Below are positions 9,303 to 17,775 of a DNA stretch of 64,000 nucleotides, piece after piece. How positions within the stretch are numbered: the first letter of the stretch is position 1; each line of letters begins with the position of its first letter. The notes beneath the pieces are model-generated. The model did no database searches. It was not told where the DNA came from and saw only the letters and a program-made list of their open reading frames with translations. Source of the stretch: a virus; the IMG/VR virus record IMGVR_UViG_3300048586_000179, positions 5,146-69,145 of that record. One strand, written 5' to 3'. The position numbers and the translations under genes were made by a program.

Positions 9303-9625
9303 TGCACGTCCCTGGTGTAGCGCAGGCCGCCCATCGTCGAGGCGATGATCCTGAAGCTTTCCATGTCGGAGTTCTTCAGCACCTCCTCGTTCAGGAAATC
9401 GGCATGGTCTGCAGCGCTCTCAAAGCTGGTGTAGCGCGCCCAGCCCAAAGGGACTGGATGGTAGCCACGTTCGTTGGCTATAGCCACGCCCAGGGCTCCA
9501 TTGTAGCCTGGAGGGGCTTCGTGCGGCATCACCGCCACAAAGGCGATGGGGCCACGATCTTCGCCCGCTACAGCCTTGGCATAAGCCTCAGCGCGATGCT
9601 GGAGGAGCGGCACGGTTTCGGTCAT
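9299..9625 (-). CDS. hypothetical early protein
   Basis: Cassette gene with RBS. Confidence 0.7.
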   Translation of the reverse strand: MTETVPLLQHRAEAYAKAVAGEDRGPIAFVAVMPHEAPPGYNGALGVAIANERGYHPVPLGWARYTSFESAADHADFLNEEVLKNSDMESFRIIASTMGGLRYTRDVQ

Positions 9626-9709
9626 GTGGGTCTCCTTTCATTGGTCCCAGTAGGGACCCCGGCAAAACAGGCTTGGCAAAAGCGCCGCCCCCGAAGGGAC
9701 GGCGCGGTG

Positions 9710-10093
9710 TCAGGCCGCTTGCTGCGGCTCGGGCTCCGGTTCGTCCGGATACATGCCCTTCCAGGTCTTGAAGGCGTTCGGGCCCTTGCTGTCGGATGGC
9801 ACGCCGTTGTGCAGAACGTAGGCATACTCGTAGAGCAGCCGCTGGTTCTCGTCGTCGGCGCGGCCGGCGGCGTCAAAGAGATCGCCGCGGATGATGGCCT
9901 GCAGGAAGTCTCCCGGCACGATACCGAAGAGCACCCAGCGGACGAGGCCGCCGTGCATGCGGTACGGGATCATGCGGAAGTGTTCCGCCCAGCGCGGGTT
10001 TCCGCACAGGTCCGCGTAAGCGGTCATCATCCCATCATAGCCGTCCGAGAGTTGGGTGAAGCGGGCAACTGCTTCATGCCGTTTCATCGCCAA
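9710..10093 (-). CDS. conserved phage protein
   Basis: PGDFLQAII.GDLF.A.GRADDEN motif. Confidence 0.7.
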   Translation of the reverse strand: MAMKRHEAVARFTQLSDGYDGMMTAYADLCGNPRWAEHFRMIPYRMHGGLVRWVLFGIVPGDFLQAIIRGDLFDAAGRADDENQRLLYEYAYVLHNGVPSDSKGPNAFKTWKGMYPDEPEPEPQQAA

Positions 10094-10712
10094 CCTCCAT
10101 TTCTTCGACCAGGCGCATGTCGAGCTTCATGAACTCGTCCATGGTGCCGGTCCAGAGGACCGCGCAGCCGTAGTAGATGGGGCGGTCGCCATTGGGGTAG
10201 CGTTCAGCCTTGCCCTTCTGCTCCTTGATCTCGGCAGGGGACAGGCGGGCGTGCTGCCACTGGGTATCCTCGCGGGTGTTGAAGCCGCGCAGGATGAGGA
10301 CCTGCTTCGCATCGAAGTCGAAGATGTAGCCCCATTCGCAGAACAGGCTGTCCTTGACGAACCGGGTATCTTCGGTGGCGATGCCGGCGTTGAGCCGCAG
10401 CATCAGGCTCCCCTGCTGCCCACGCAGCTGGGAATACCAGTCGTCTCCGGTGGAGACGCTGTCGTTCAGGAACTCGGCATAGGTCTTGGCCTGTTCCCGT
10501 GTGGGTTTTCCACCCGCGTCGACGTAGGTCATCTTCGCGACGAGAGGGGTGAGGTGGTCGAAGATGTCGTTGGGCTCAAGGCCCTCCGAGGTGATCTCCC
10601 CCATCTCCTTCTGCAGATCTTCGCCCGTCGAGGTGGGATAGGCGTCGAACTGCTGGTAACTGGCGTGCAGCACCCCGTCTTTCAGGGTGCCGATCACTCC
10701 TCTGGTTCCCAT
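10074..10712 (-). CDS. conserved phage early protein
   Basis: MGTRG...YQQFDAYP...DSLFCEWGYIFDFD. Confidence 0.75.
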   Translation of the reverse strand: MGTRGVIGTLKDGVLHASYQQFDAYPTSTGEDLQKEMGEITSEGLEPNDIFDHLTPLVAKMTYVDAGGKPTREQAKTYAEFLNDSVSTGDDWYSQLRGQQGSLMLRLNAGIATEDTRFVKDSLFCEWGYIFDFDAKQVLILRGFNTREDTQWQHARLSPAEIKEQKGKAERYPNGDRPIYYGCAVLWTGTMDEFMKLDMRLVEEMEVGDETA

Positions 10713-10785
10713 GATGTTTCTCCTTCTTGGGTGTCCGGTGGGGACCCCGGAAAAGAGACCCACCCCGAGGGGTGGGCTGGATCAG

Positions 10786-10983
10786 TTAAACCTTCTCTCG
10801 CCGTTTGAGCTTCAGAAGGTGGAACCCTAGCAGTCCTCCGTCTGTCCGGCTGTGCCAGATGCCACCGCACAAGCCACCTTTCAGGTCCTGTCGGGCCTCT
10901 TCGAGTGTCTTGGCGATCTTGCGCCTGGCAGCACGTTCATTGGGTGCATCGAATTCCATTTCTAGCCGGTATTTGGCTTTCAT
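10786..10983 (-). CDS. hypothetical early protein
   Basis: Cassette gene with RBS. Confidence 0.65.
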   Translation of the reverse strand: MKAKYRLEMEFDAPNERAARRKIAKTLEEARQDLKGGLCGGIWHSRTDGGLLGFHLLKLKRREKV

Positions 10984-11035
10984 CGCGTTCTCCTTTTCCT
11001 ATGGGGACCACGCAAAAGACCGCCCCGAAGGGCGG

Positions 11036-11374
11036 TCAGAGGTCCAGGTCCATTCGGCAGACCATCTGCACTGATGATGGCAGGCTGGACCACTTGGCCT
11101 GGAACTTCCGGTTTCGTTTCCGGAACTCCCGGACGTCACCGATCAGCATCTCCCTGGGCGCCCCCGGGCCGTTGTCACGGTCCCAGGGATCCTCGCCGCA
11201 GGACCGGTAGGCATAGAACTTGTTCTGCCAGGTCGTGCCGTAGAGGGGGTTGCGGTAGAAGATGGTGAAGCGGTTGGGGGTCTCGCCCCCGTTGTCATAC
11301 ATGGCCAGGATCCCACTCGGGCAGCCTCCATCCCGGTAGAGCGGGTGGCAGGGCTTCAGGGCGGGGCCGGTCAT
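11036..11374 (-). CDS. hypothetical protein, paralogue of 11371-11718
   Basis: YDNGGETPNRFTIFY. Confidence 0.7.
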   Translation of the reverse strand: MTGPALKPCHPLYRDGGCPSGILAMYDNGGETPNRFTIFYRNPLYGTTWQNKFYAYRSCGEDPWDRDNGPGAPREMLIGDVREFRKRNRKFQAKWSSLPSSVQMVCRMDLDL

Positions 11375-11718
11375 GTGCTGGCTCCCTTCAGGTCCTGCAG
11401 GACGCAAGCCCTGACCCTTTCGGGCAGGTCTGTCCACTTGCAGGCCCGATGGCGCTGGCTGTAACGGAAGCTTGCTGCCTGGTGGGCAAGAAGCTCCCCG
11501 TAGATCCCAACCCCTTGGGGATGGAACGGGTTTTCCGACATGTTCCGGTAGCCCAGATACATGTCGGTGTAGGTCGTCCCGGCGACCGGGTCAGCATAGA
11601 AGACCGTGTAACGGTCCGCTGTCTGGCCGCGGTTGTCGTAGATGGCCAGGACGCCTTTCGGGCAGTCCCCATCCAGCCATCGGCTGGACTGGCGGCGCGG
11701 CTTGTAGAGCCGGCTCAT
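11371..11718 (-). CDS. hypothetical protein, paralogue of 11036-11374
   Basis: YDNRGQTADRYTVFY. Confidence 0.7.
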   Translation of the reverse strand: MSRLYKPRRQSSRWLDGDCPKGVLAIYDNRGQTADRYTVFYADPVAGTTYTDMYLGYRNMSENPFHPQGVGIYGELLAHQAASFRYSQRHRACKWTDLPERVRACVLQDLKGAST

Positions 11719-11975
11719 GTCCTGTTCGCCTTTCGGCTCAGGTCTTCGACCAGAGCGTCCATGCGCGTCAGCGCCAGCGTGAGGGGGATCATGCTGTCGA
11801 GGTCGACCGCGCGGTTGCGCGGGTCGGTGTGCTGATAGTTCCGCCCGTGAAGGACATGGCTGTGCATGGTCTTCATGGCGTCGGCAAGACGGTCCCGCGC
11901 GATCTGCATGGCCATGGCGGCCGTGCCGAAATCGCGCTTCTCGTTGCCGTTCAGCTGGGGTTCTGCGTAGAGCAT
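11715..11975 (-). CDS. hypothetical early protein
   Basis: First gene of three-gene cassette. Confidence 0.7.
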   Translation of the reverse strand: MLYAEPQLNGNEKRDFGTAAMAMQIARDRLADAMKTMHSHVLHGRNYQHTDPRNRAVDLDSMIPLTLALTRMDALVEDLSRKANRT

Positions 11976-12043
11976 GGGTGTCTCCTTCGGTTGTTCCCCA
12001 TGGGGACCCCGGCAAAAAGCCGCCCCCGTAGGGGCGGCGGTCG

Positions 12044-12499
12044 TCACCAGCTGCTGTTGTACCAGACGGTCCAGCCGCGGGCGATCTCCTCCTTGGCGCG
12101 CTTGATGAAGGCGAGCGTGCGGGGCACGTCGCTCTCGTCGCTCTGCCCGAAGAAGAAGCCGGTGGTGTGCGGCAGCTCGTCGGCGAGCGTCTTGCGCTCC
12201 AACTCCTCGATGTCCTCGAGGTCGAGCACCACGTTGCCGTGGAAGCTGTCCATGGCGAACTGCGTCCCGCCCTTGCGGCGATAGATCTCCTCGATCGCGC
12301 CGTGCAGGTTCGGGTGCTTGCGGAAGTAGGCCACGGCCTTGTGGCCTGGCTTGCAGACGAAGAGGCTCCCGAAGATCTCGTCCTGCGTGAAACAGTCCGG
12401 GTAAGACGCGTCAGTGACGACGGCGGCCTCTCCGTAGCTGAAGTCGACCTTGGTTTCCGGGGCTTTCTCCGAAGCCCAGACGTATTGGTCCAATCCCAT
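12044..12499 (-). CDS. conserved phage protein (MGLDQY..YFRKHPNLHG family)
   Basis: MGLDQY, YFRKHPNLHG, LPHTTGFFFG, YNSSW end. Confidence 0.75.
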   Translation of the reverse strand: MGLDQYVWASEKAPETKVDFSYGEAAVVTDASYPDCFTQDEIFGSLFVCKPGHKAVAYFRKHPNLHGAIEEIYRRKGGTQFAMDSFHGNVVLDLEDIEELERKTLADELPHTTGFFFGQSDESDVPRTLAFIKRAKEEIARGWTVWYNSSW

Positions 12500-12576
12500 C
12501 GGGTATCTCCTTTGTTGGGGTGTTCCCATGGGGACCCCGCACGCCAGGACGGGCAAAAGACCGCCCCGAAGGGCGG

Positions 12577-13044
12577 TCAGAAGGGGCGCTGTCCCGCGCC
12601 CGTGTTGCCCACCTTGTCGCTGACCGTGCGGCCGTGATCGAACCCCATCGGGATCCGCTCGCCGGCGGGCAGCACCCAGATGTGGTACTGGTTGGCGGTG
12701 TCCACCAGCCGGTCCTCGGCCGGGTAGATCTCGAAGCCCTCCCGGCTCGGCCCTGCCACATCGTTCTTGATGCGCTGCAGGTCCCGCCAGTCATGGATGG
12801 GCTTGCGCGAGCGGAGCTTGATCGAGAGGTGGAGCCAGCCCAGCGGGCCGTCTCCGAGGTAGGTGACCGAGCACTGATAGGTGCTGTTGGTCCAGACCTC
12901 ATCGTCCTCCATCTGGCGCCGCACCTCCTCGCGGGTGGTGATGATGCCGTGCTCCTTCAGGGCGTGCTCGACATGCGCGTCCAGCTGGGCGTCGGTGATC
13001 GGGGTATAGGTGGTGCGGTACATGGTCTCCCATGTCTTGGGCAT
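12577..13044 (-). CDS. conserved phage protein
   Basis: HLSIK...WRDLQRIKN...EIYPAEDRLVDTANQYHIW; related to 316-669. Confidence 0.75.
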   Translation of the reverse strand: MPKTWETMYRTTYTPITDAQLDAHVEHALKEHGIITTREEVRRQMEDDEVWTNSTYQCSVTYLGDGPLGWLHLSIKLRSRKPIHDWRDLQRIKNDVAGPSREGFEIYPAEDRLVDTANQYHIWVLPAGERIPMGFDHGRTVSDKVGNTGAGQRPF

Positions 13045-13108
13045 GATGGTCTCCGTTCATGTGTCCCATGGGGACCCCGCAGGCGAAAAGAGAGGGCGCT
13101 TGCGCGCC

Positions 13109-13735
13109 CTACTCCCGCAGCCATTCCTGCGTGCAGGTCTCGCCAAGGGTGTAGATGCCGATGCGGCTCTCACCGTCATCGACCAGGGCATAGGAAGCGC
13201 CCTGCTCCATCGCGGCCGCCACGAACTCGATGTCGTCGAGCTCGCTTTCATGGGCGACCTGGATCATCCGGCCTTTCTCAAGGTTGTGGTTGATCTCCTT
13301 CCAGTCGATCCAGATGCCCAGCTCGTAGGCTGCGTCATCGTTCGGATCGCTCGAGGCCCAATCGTAGGTCATGAAGATCGGGGTTTCCTTGTCGAGCTGG
13401 TTCAAGAGCTCCGAGACGTAGCGATAGATCGCCAGGTTCTCGGCGTCATACTCTCCGTCCAGGACGTTCATCTCCTCCTCATCGTTGACGGGGAAGCTCA
13501 TGTCCAGGTGGCTCGACGTCTTCACATAGGCAAGCATTGCATCCGCGACGAGCAGCCATTCGGCGATGCTGTCGTAGTCGAAGCCGCTTTCGATGGCCTT
13601 GTCGTGGACGAATTGCATGTCCATGCGAATGGCGTCGAGGATCGCGCTGGGCCGCCGCTCGCCGTTGCCATTGAGGCGCAGGCCGGGCGGCAGTGCATCG
13701 AGATCGTCGTAGTCGTACTGGGGTCCATCATACAT
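13109..13735 (-). CDS. highly acidic early protein
   Basis: About 46 D/E vs 13 K/R in 208 aa (manual count). Confidence 0.75.
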   Translation of the reverse strand: MYDGPQYDYDDLDALPPGLRLNGNGERRPSAILDAIRMDMQFVHDKAIESGFDYDSIAEWLLVADAMLAYVKTSSHLDMSFPVNDEEEMNVLDGEYDAENLAIYRYVSELLNQLDKETPIFMTYDWASSDPNDDAAYELGIWIDWKEINHNLEKGRMIQVAHESELDDIEFVAAAMEQGASYALVDDGESRIGIYTLGETCTQEWLRE

Positions 13736-13813
13736 GTTGGTCTCCCTTGCTGATGGTGGTTCCTATGGGGACCCCGGCAAACAGGGTTGGCAAAAGGCCG
13801 CCCCGAAGGGCGG

Positions 13814-14071
13814 TCAGATGGGCTTTCCTGTCTTGCCGTCGATGAGGATCAGCTCGATGTCGAGGGCCGCGAGGATCGCGAAGAGGGTCTCGCCGCGGGG
13901 CCATTTCGTGCGGTTCGACCGGATCGCGTAGATGCATGCGACGGACACGCCACAGACCTCGGCGAGGTCGGTAGGGTGCCAGTGATACATCTTCAATCTC
14001 AGGTCGTTCATCACGGCTTCGGGCAGGCGGTAGCCTTGCTTCGTCTTCCTCAGGGCGATCACATTGGTCAT
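13814..14071 (-). CDS. XRE-like HTH regulator
   Basis: DLAEVCGVSVACIYAI...PRGETLFAILAAL. Confidence 0.75.
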   Translation of the reverse strand: MTNVIALRKTKQGYRLPEAVMNDLRLKMYHWHPTDLAEVCGVSVACIYAIRSNRTKWPRGETLFAILAALDIELILIDGKTGKPI

Positions 14072-14161
14072 GTCAGTCGGTCCTTTCAGGTTGTCCTATG
14101 GGGACCCCGGCAAACGGGCGAAAAGCCCACCCCCGAAGGGGTGGTCAGTTGGGGCAGTGGC

Positions 14162-14449
14162 TTACCGTCGGTTGTTGTTCTGCTGGTTCGAGTTCTGTTG
14201 CTGGCCCTGCTGCGGCAGCTGCCGGACGTTGTCCGTCTGGCCATTCTGCGCCTGTCCGCGGCGTTGATAATCCTCGCGGTTGATGATCAGCTGGAGGCAG
14301 GCCATCGCAAGGTAGAAGTCTTCCTTCTTGCGGGCATGCAGCAGCGTGGTCATCGCCTGCTGGATCAGCTTCTCCGTGGACATGTGCTGAATGTCGTCCA
14401 TATGCGGCCGGCGGCGGCCGAACATGAGCCAGAAAATCAATCGAAACAT
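14162..14449 (-). CDS. hypothetical protein with Q/N-rich tail
   Basis: Cassette gene; DIQHMST motif shared with 16674-16862. Confidence 0.7.
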   Translation of the reverse strand: MFRLIFWLMFGRRRPHMDDIQHMSTEKLIQQAMTTLLHARKKEDFYLAMACLQLIINREDYQRRGQAQNGQTDNVRQLPQQGQQQNSNQQNNNRR

Positions 14450-14525
14450 GGTCGTCTCCTCTGGGGCGTCTTGCTCCTATGGGGACCACGGCAAAATGCC
14501 CCGCCCGAAGGCGAGGCGAGGTGGG

Positions 14526-14843
14526 TCAGACCGGATCTGCAGTCATCAGATGCTTGGCGACAGCCCGGCGCAGGGTGGCAATCAGGCTCACCAGGCCCCC
14601 GTTCCAATGCATGGCCTCCACAGGTTGCTCCGGCGCCTTGAACACGAGAACGGGCTCGGCTCCCTGGTCCATCAGCTCGCCCTGCGCGCGGTGCAGCGGG
14701 GTCGTCTGTTCGACAGGGAGCACGCGCTCCCATTCTCGGGCAGGCGGCAGTGCATTGTGGCGGGCGACATAGTCGTCGAGGTCTTGGTGAGGCAGGATCA
14801 GCACCAGCCGGCGCTCTTCGTGCCAGAAGAATTTCGTTGTCAT
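14526..14843 (-). CDS. hypothetical early protein
   Basis: ATG after AGGAGA. Confidence 0.7.
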   Translation of the reverse strand: MTTKFFWHEERRLVLILPHQDLDDYVARHNALPPAREWERVLPVEQTTPLHRAQGELMDQGAEPVLVFKAPEQPVEAMHWNGGLVSLIATLRRAVAKHLMTADPV

Positions 14844-14913
14844 GCGGGTCTCCTTCTGTTCCCTATGGGGACCACGGGAAACGCCCACCCCCGAAGGGAT
14901 GGGCCCAGAAAGC

Positions 14914-15111
14914 TCAGGCCGAACGAACCCGGAAGGCTTTGGCGAGAGTGGTGTTCTCCTGCCGAAGGTCGTTGAGTTCACGGTCTTTGTTCCTCAGCCG
15001 CTCCTGAAGGGTGGCTTCGGCTGCGACGGCTTTCTTGACGTCGCGGTAAAGCGCGTTTTCACGCGCTGTCCAAGGTTTCTCGCTCAAGGCGATCTCCTCG
15101 TGGGGCATCAT
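14914..15111 (-). CDS. small coiled-coil protein
   Basis: Cassette gene; true start may be TTG at 15087 after GAGGAG. Confidence 0.6.
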   Translation of the reverse strand: MMPHEEIALSEKPWTARENALYRDVKKAVAAEATLQERLRNKDRELNDLRQENTTLAKAFRVRSA

Positions 15112-15243
15112 GATGGCCCGGCGCAGCCCCTGGCTGCCGGGTCAGAAGGGCCGCAATGGCTCTCCGATGGGGACCACGAATGTTTCACGGCGAACATTGA
15201 GGGCACTTGGGAAAAGCCCCCGCCCAGGGGCGGGGGTCGGGTT

Positions 15244-15600
15244 TCAGAGGCAGAGCGCAATGATGCGCGCTTCCAGTTCCTCGCGCGCTGCCTTGGCGGG
15301 CAGGGCGGCGAGGCGGGGCTTGTTGGCCTCGAGCCAGAAGTTGATCTCGTAGGTGGCTCCGACATAGTCGTCGACCAGATCCCAGCCACCGAGCTGACGG
15401 ATCGCGGTCTCGTTCCGGCGTGACCGGATCTCGGTCTGGCGCTGGGTGAGCTGCATGTCCATCTTGGTGGCGGCCGGGTTGGCCGGGTGATGATGCACGG
15501 AGTGGTCCTCGAGGACCATCTCGCAGGCTGCGAAGTCGTATTGTCCCGCCTCGGCGGCCCCGGCAAGGGCAACGAGCGCGGCAATAAGCGTGGTCTTCAT
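15244..15600 (-). CDS. exported protein with signal peptide
   Basis: MKTTLIAALVALAGAAEA Sec-type signal. Confidence 0.7.
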   Translation of the reverse strand: MKTTLIAALVALAGAAEAGQYDFAACEMVLEDHSVHHHPANPAATKMDMQLTQRQTEIRSRRNETAIRQLGGWDLVDDYVGATYEINFWLEANKPRLAALPAKAAREELEARIIALCL

Positions 15601-15672
15601 GGGGGTCTCCTCTTGGTTGTTCCCTATGGGGACCCCGAAAAGGCCACCCCGTAGCGGCGGGGTGGCTCAATC

Positions 15673-16083
15673 CTAGTGTCCGTGCTTGGTGTCGGTACGC
15701 TGCACGACAGCCCAAAGGTTGACGGGGTCGATGATCGTCACCTCCCAGATGAAGGGGCTTGGCTCACTCGACAGGACCTTGGATCTGGGTTTGGCCTCAT
15801 CGGTCTTGCCCGCGACCACGATACTGTCCTGGTGCACCACGAAGACCTGGTCGCCGACACTGATGTGCTGGGCGATGGTGGACTTCTGCAGGTGCACGAG
15901 GGCGGACTTGCGGTCACGGGCAAGGCGATGATCCATGACGCTCAGGACCAAAACCTTGTGGTGAGACATGGCGTGCCATTGTCTCTGGGTAATGACGTCG
16001 ACGCCCAGCTCCCTGAAGGATGCTGCGCGACCGCGGTTGCGGTAGACGTTCGGATTGCTATCCGTATGGTGTTCATAGGGCAT
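15673..16083 (-). CDS. hypothetical early protein
   Basis: ATG after AAGGA. Confidence 0.65.
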   Translation of the reverse strand: MPYEHHTDSNPNVYRNRGRAASFRELGVDVITQRQWHAMSHHKVLVLSVMDHRLARDRKSALVHLQKSTIAQHISVGDQVFVVHQDSIVVAGKTDEAKPRSKVLSSEPSPFIWEVTIIDPVNLWAVVQRTDTKHGH

Positions 16084-16190
16084 TTGTGATCCTTTCTCGA
16101 TACGATGCCTGGAAGCCACACCATGCGGCTTCCCATGGGGACCACGCTAATCCCGGTAAGCGAAAAGACCGCCCCCGGAGGGGCGGTGGA

Positions 16191-16592
16191 TCAGCCCGGC
16201 TTGTAGAGGCCGGACTTCTCGAGCACGTCGCGCAGGACCGCGTTGGCCTCGTAGAAGTCGAGACGGTAGCAGCCGGCGGGTGCCCCGGGCTTGTCCGCCC
16301 AGAGGCGGCGCATCCCGTGCCTGTCGATCGACTTGGTGGCGAGGCGAAGGCGGATTTCGCGCTTCATCTTCTCGACCACCGCATTGTCGTCGGTGTCCAG
16401 GCGGAAGTGCATCGGCTTCTTCCACCCATCCTGGGGCAGAAGGTCGGCGTGCTCCTTGCACAGCCGCTCGATGCGGGCAGGGCCTTCCTTGCGGCCGCGG
16501 CAGAACTCGATGTAGGCGATCGGCTTGCGATCCCAGTATCGGGTCCCTTCCGCGACGCCGTCGTGAAAAGCCAGATATGCATAGTAGGTCAT
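16191..16592 (-). CDS. hypothetical early protein
   Basis: Cassette gene. Confidence 0.7.
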   Translation of the reverse strand: MTYYAYLAFHDGVAEGTRYWDRKPIAYIEFCRGRKEGPARIERLCKEHADLLPQDGWKKPMHFRLDTDDNAVVEKMKREIRLRLATKSIDRHGMRRLWADKPGAPAGCYRLDFYEANAVLRDVLEKSGLYKPG

Positions 16593-16673
16593 GATCTGGG
16601 GTCCTTTCGTGGTTGTTCCCTATGGGGACCACGGCAAAGGCAAATGGACCGGACCCGAAGGCCCGGCCAGGAG

Positions 16674-16862
16674 TTACCGATGCGGCGTGCGCGCTTTCTG
16701 CCGATGCCGGTCCTGGATCAACTCCAGGATCTCGGCTACCTCGTCGATGCCATCCAGGCCTCTTCCGGACCTGAGGATCGCAGCCGCCCGTTGTCGCAAG
16801 TCCGCAGTTGAGAGATGCTGAATATCCTGCATCTCAGGTTGGCGGATGTAGCTCGTGAGCAT
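16674..16862 (-). CDS. hypothetical early protein
   Basis: Cassette gene with AGGAGA. Confidence 0.65.
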   Translation of the reverse strand: MLTSYIRQPEMQDIQHLSTADLRQRAAAILRSGRGLDGIDEVAEILELIQDRHRQKARTPHR

Positions 16863-16911
16863 GTGCTCTCCTTCCTCGCGCTTGGGGTTACTCCCGATGG
16901 GGACCCCGCGG

Positions 16912-17099
16912 AAAAAAGAACCTTCTCACGCTCTCTCCCATCCGTGCGAACGGGTGGGGCTTCACGCTGACATTCCATCAACTGCGCGGCTTCCACCGAC
17001 CTTCTCCAGAGCCTGTCACGGCCCGATCTCTGTCGGCTTTCACTGCTTCCCTCGCATGCTTGACAGCGGGTGCAGTTGAGAACGGATGTCTCGTTCTCC
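16912..17099 (-). ncRNA. putative structured ncRNA (cassette without ORF)
   Basis: Between motif 17103 and U6 tract; stems GAGAACG/CGTTCTC, AACTGC/GCAGTT, CCGAC/GTCGG, CCGT-TCGC-ACGG; no RBS-linked ORF. Confidence 0.55.
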
Positions 17100-17168
17100 T
17101 ATGGGGACCACACAAGATTGCGAAAAGAGACCCACCCCTTTCAGGGCGGGTCGGGCGCTCTCGGCCGG

Positions 17169-17291
17169 TCACTCGGCGACGGCGGCGGTCCAGCTAGCCT
17201 GCAGGTAGGGCAGGGTGTCGCGCTGGAACCTCTCGCTTGTCACATGGAGGTATCCGGTGAAGAGAATGGCCGCGATGTATATCCATTTCAT
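17169..17291 (-). CDS. small membrane/secreted peptide
   Basis: 40 aa MKWIYIAAILFTGYL..., AGGAGA RBS. Confidence 0.65.
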   Translation of the reverse strand: MKWIYIAAILFTGYLHVTSERFQRDTLPYLQASWTAAVAE

Positions 17292-17328
17292 GGCAGGTCT
17301 CCTTTTCCCATGGGGACCACACGAGGCG

Positions 17329-17475
17329 AAAAAACGATGCCTTGCGGCATGTCCCCAGCCTGGATCCTCCATTCACCGTCGCCCTGGCGAACCAGGGATC
17401 AGGCGTCTTTCAGACCTGCCCCTTGCGGGGCTACCAAGCGATGCCTTTCAGCATGCTGGGCGAGGCCGTTATTCC
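17329..17475 (-). ncRNA. putative structured ncRNA with GNRA/UUCG tetraloops
   Basis: Outer stem CCCAGC/GCTGGG enclosing GAAA, GCAA and TTCG-capped hairpins, then terminator ATGCC-GCAA-GGCAT and U6. Confidence 0.7.
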
Positions 17476-17501
17476 TATGGGGACCACGGATTATCGGGGC
17501 G

Positions 17502-17775
17502 AAAAAATGCTGCCCTTGGGCGGCATCGACTGCTTTGTTGGTTTTACCGCACCGGTAGAGGCCGGCGCCGTCCAGCATCAGGACGATCGCAGTCTTGGCG
17601 TATCACCCCACGCCCGTGGGTCTCAATCCCCACCCTGACCATTCTTGAGTTCATGGTCGGGTGGGCCGTCTGGCAATCACTCTTCGGGAATGTCATTCGC
17701 GTCTTTTGCCAAACGGGAAACTTGCGTGAAGCAAGTCCCTCTGCGACTTTGTGCCGCCGCAGATTTCTGCATTCC
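17502..17775 (-). ncRNA. putative ~270-nt multi-hairpin ncRNA
   Basis: At least 6 stems followed by terminator; no RBS-linked ORF on the minus strand. Confidence 0.65.

Noticed and set aside
16912-17775. tRNA, hammerhead or c-di-GMP riboswitch identity for the structured RNAs
   Set aside because: No T-loop/CCA cloverleaf, no complete CUGANGA...GAAA core, and only partial GGCAAA...GACGC similarity
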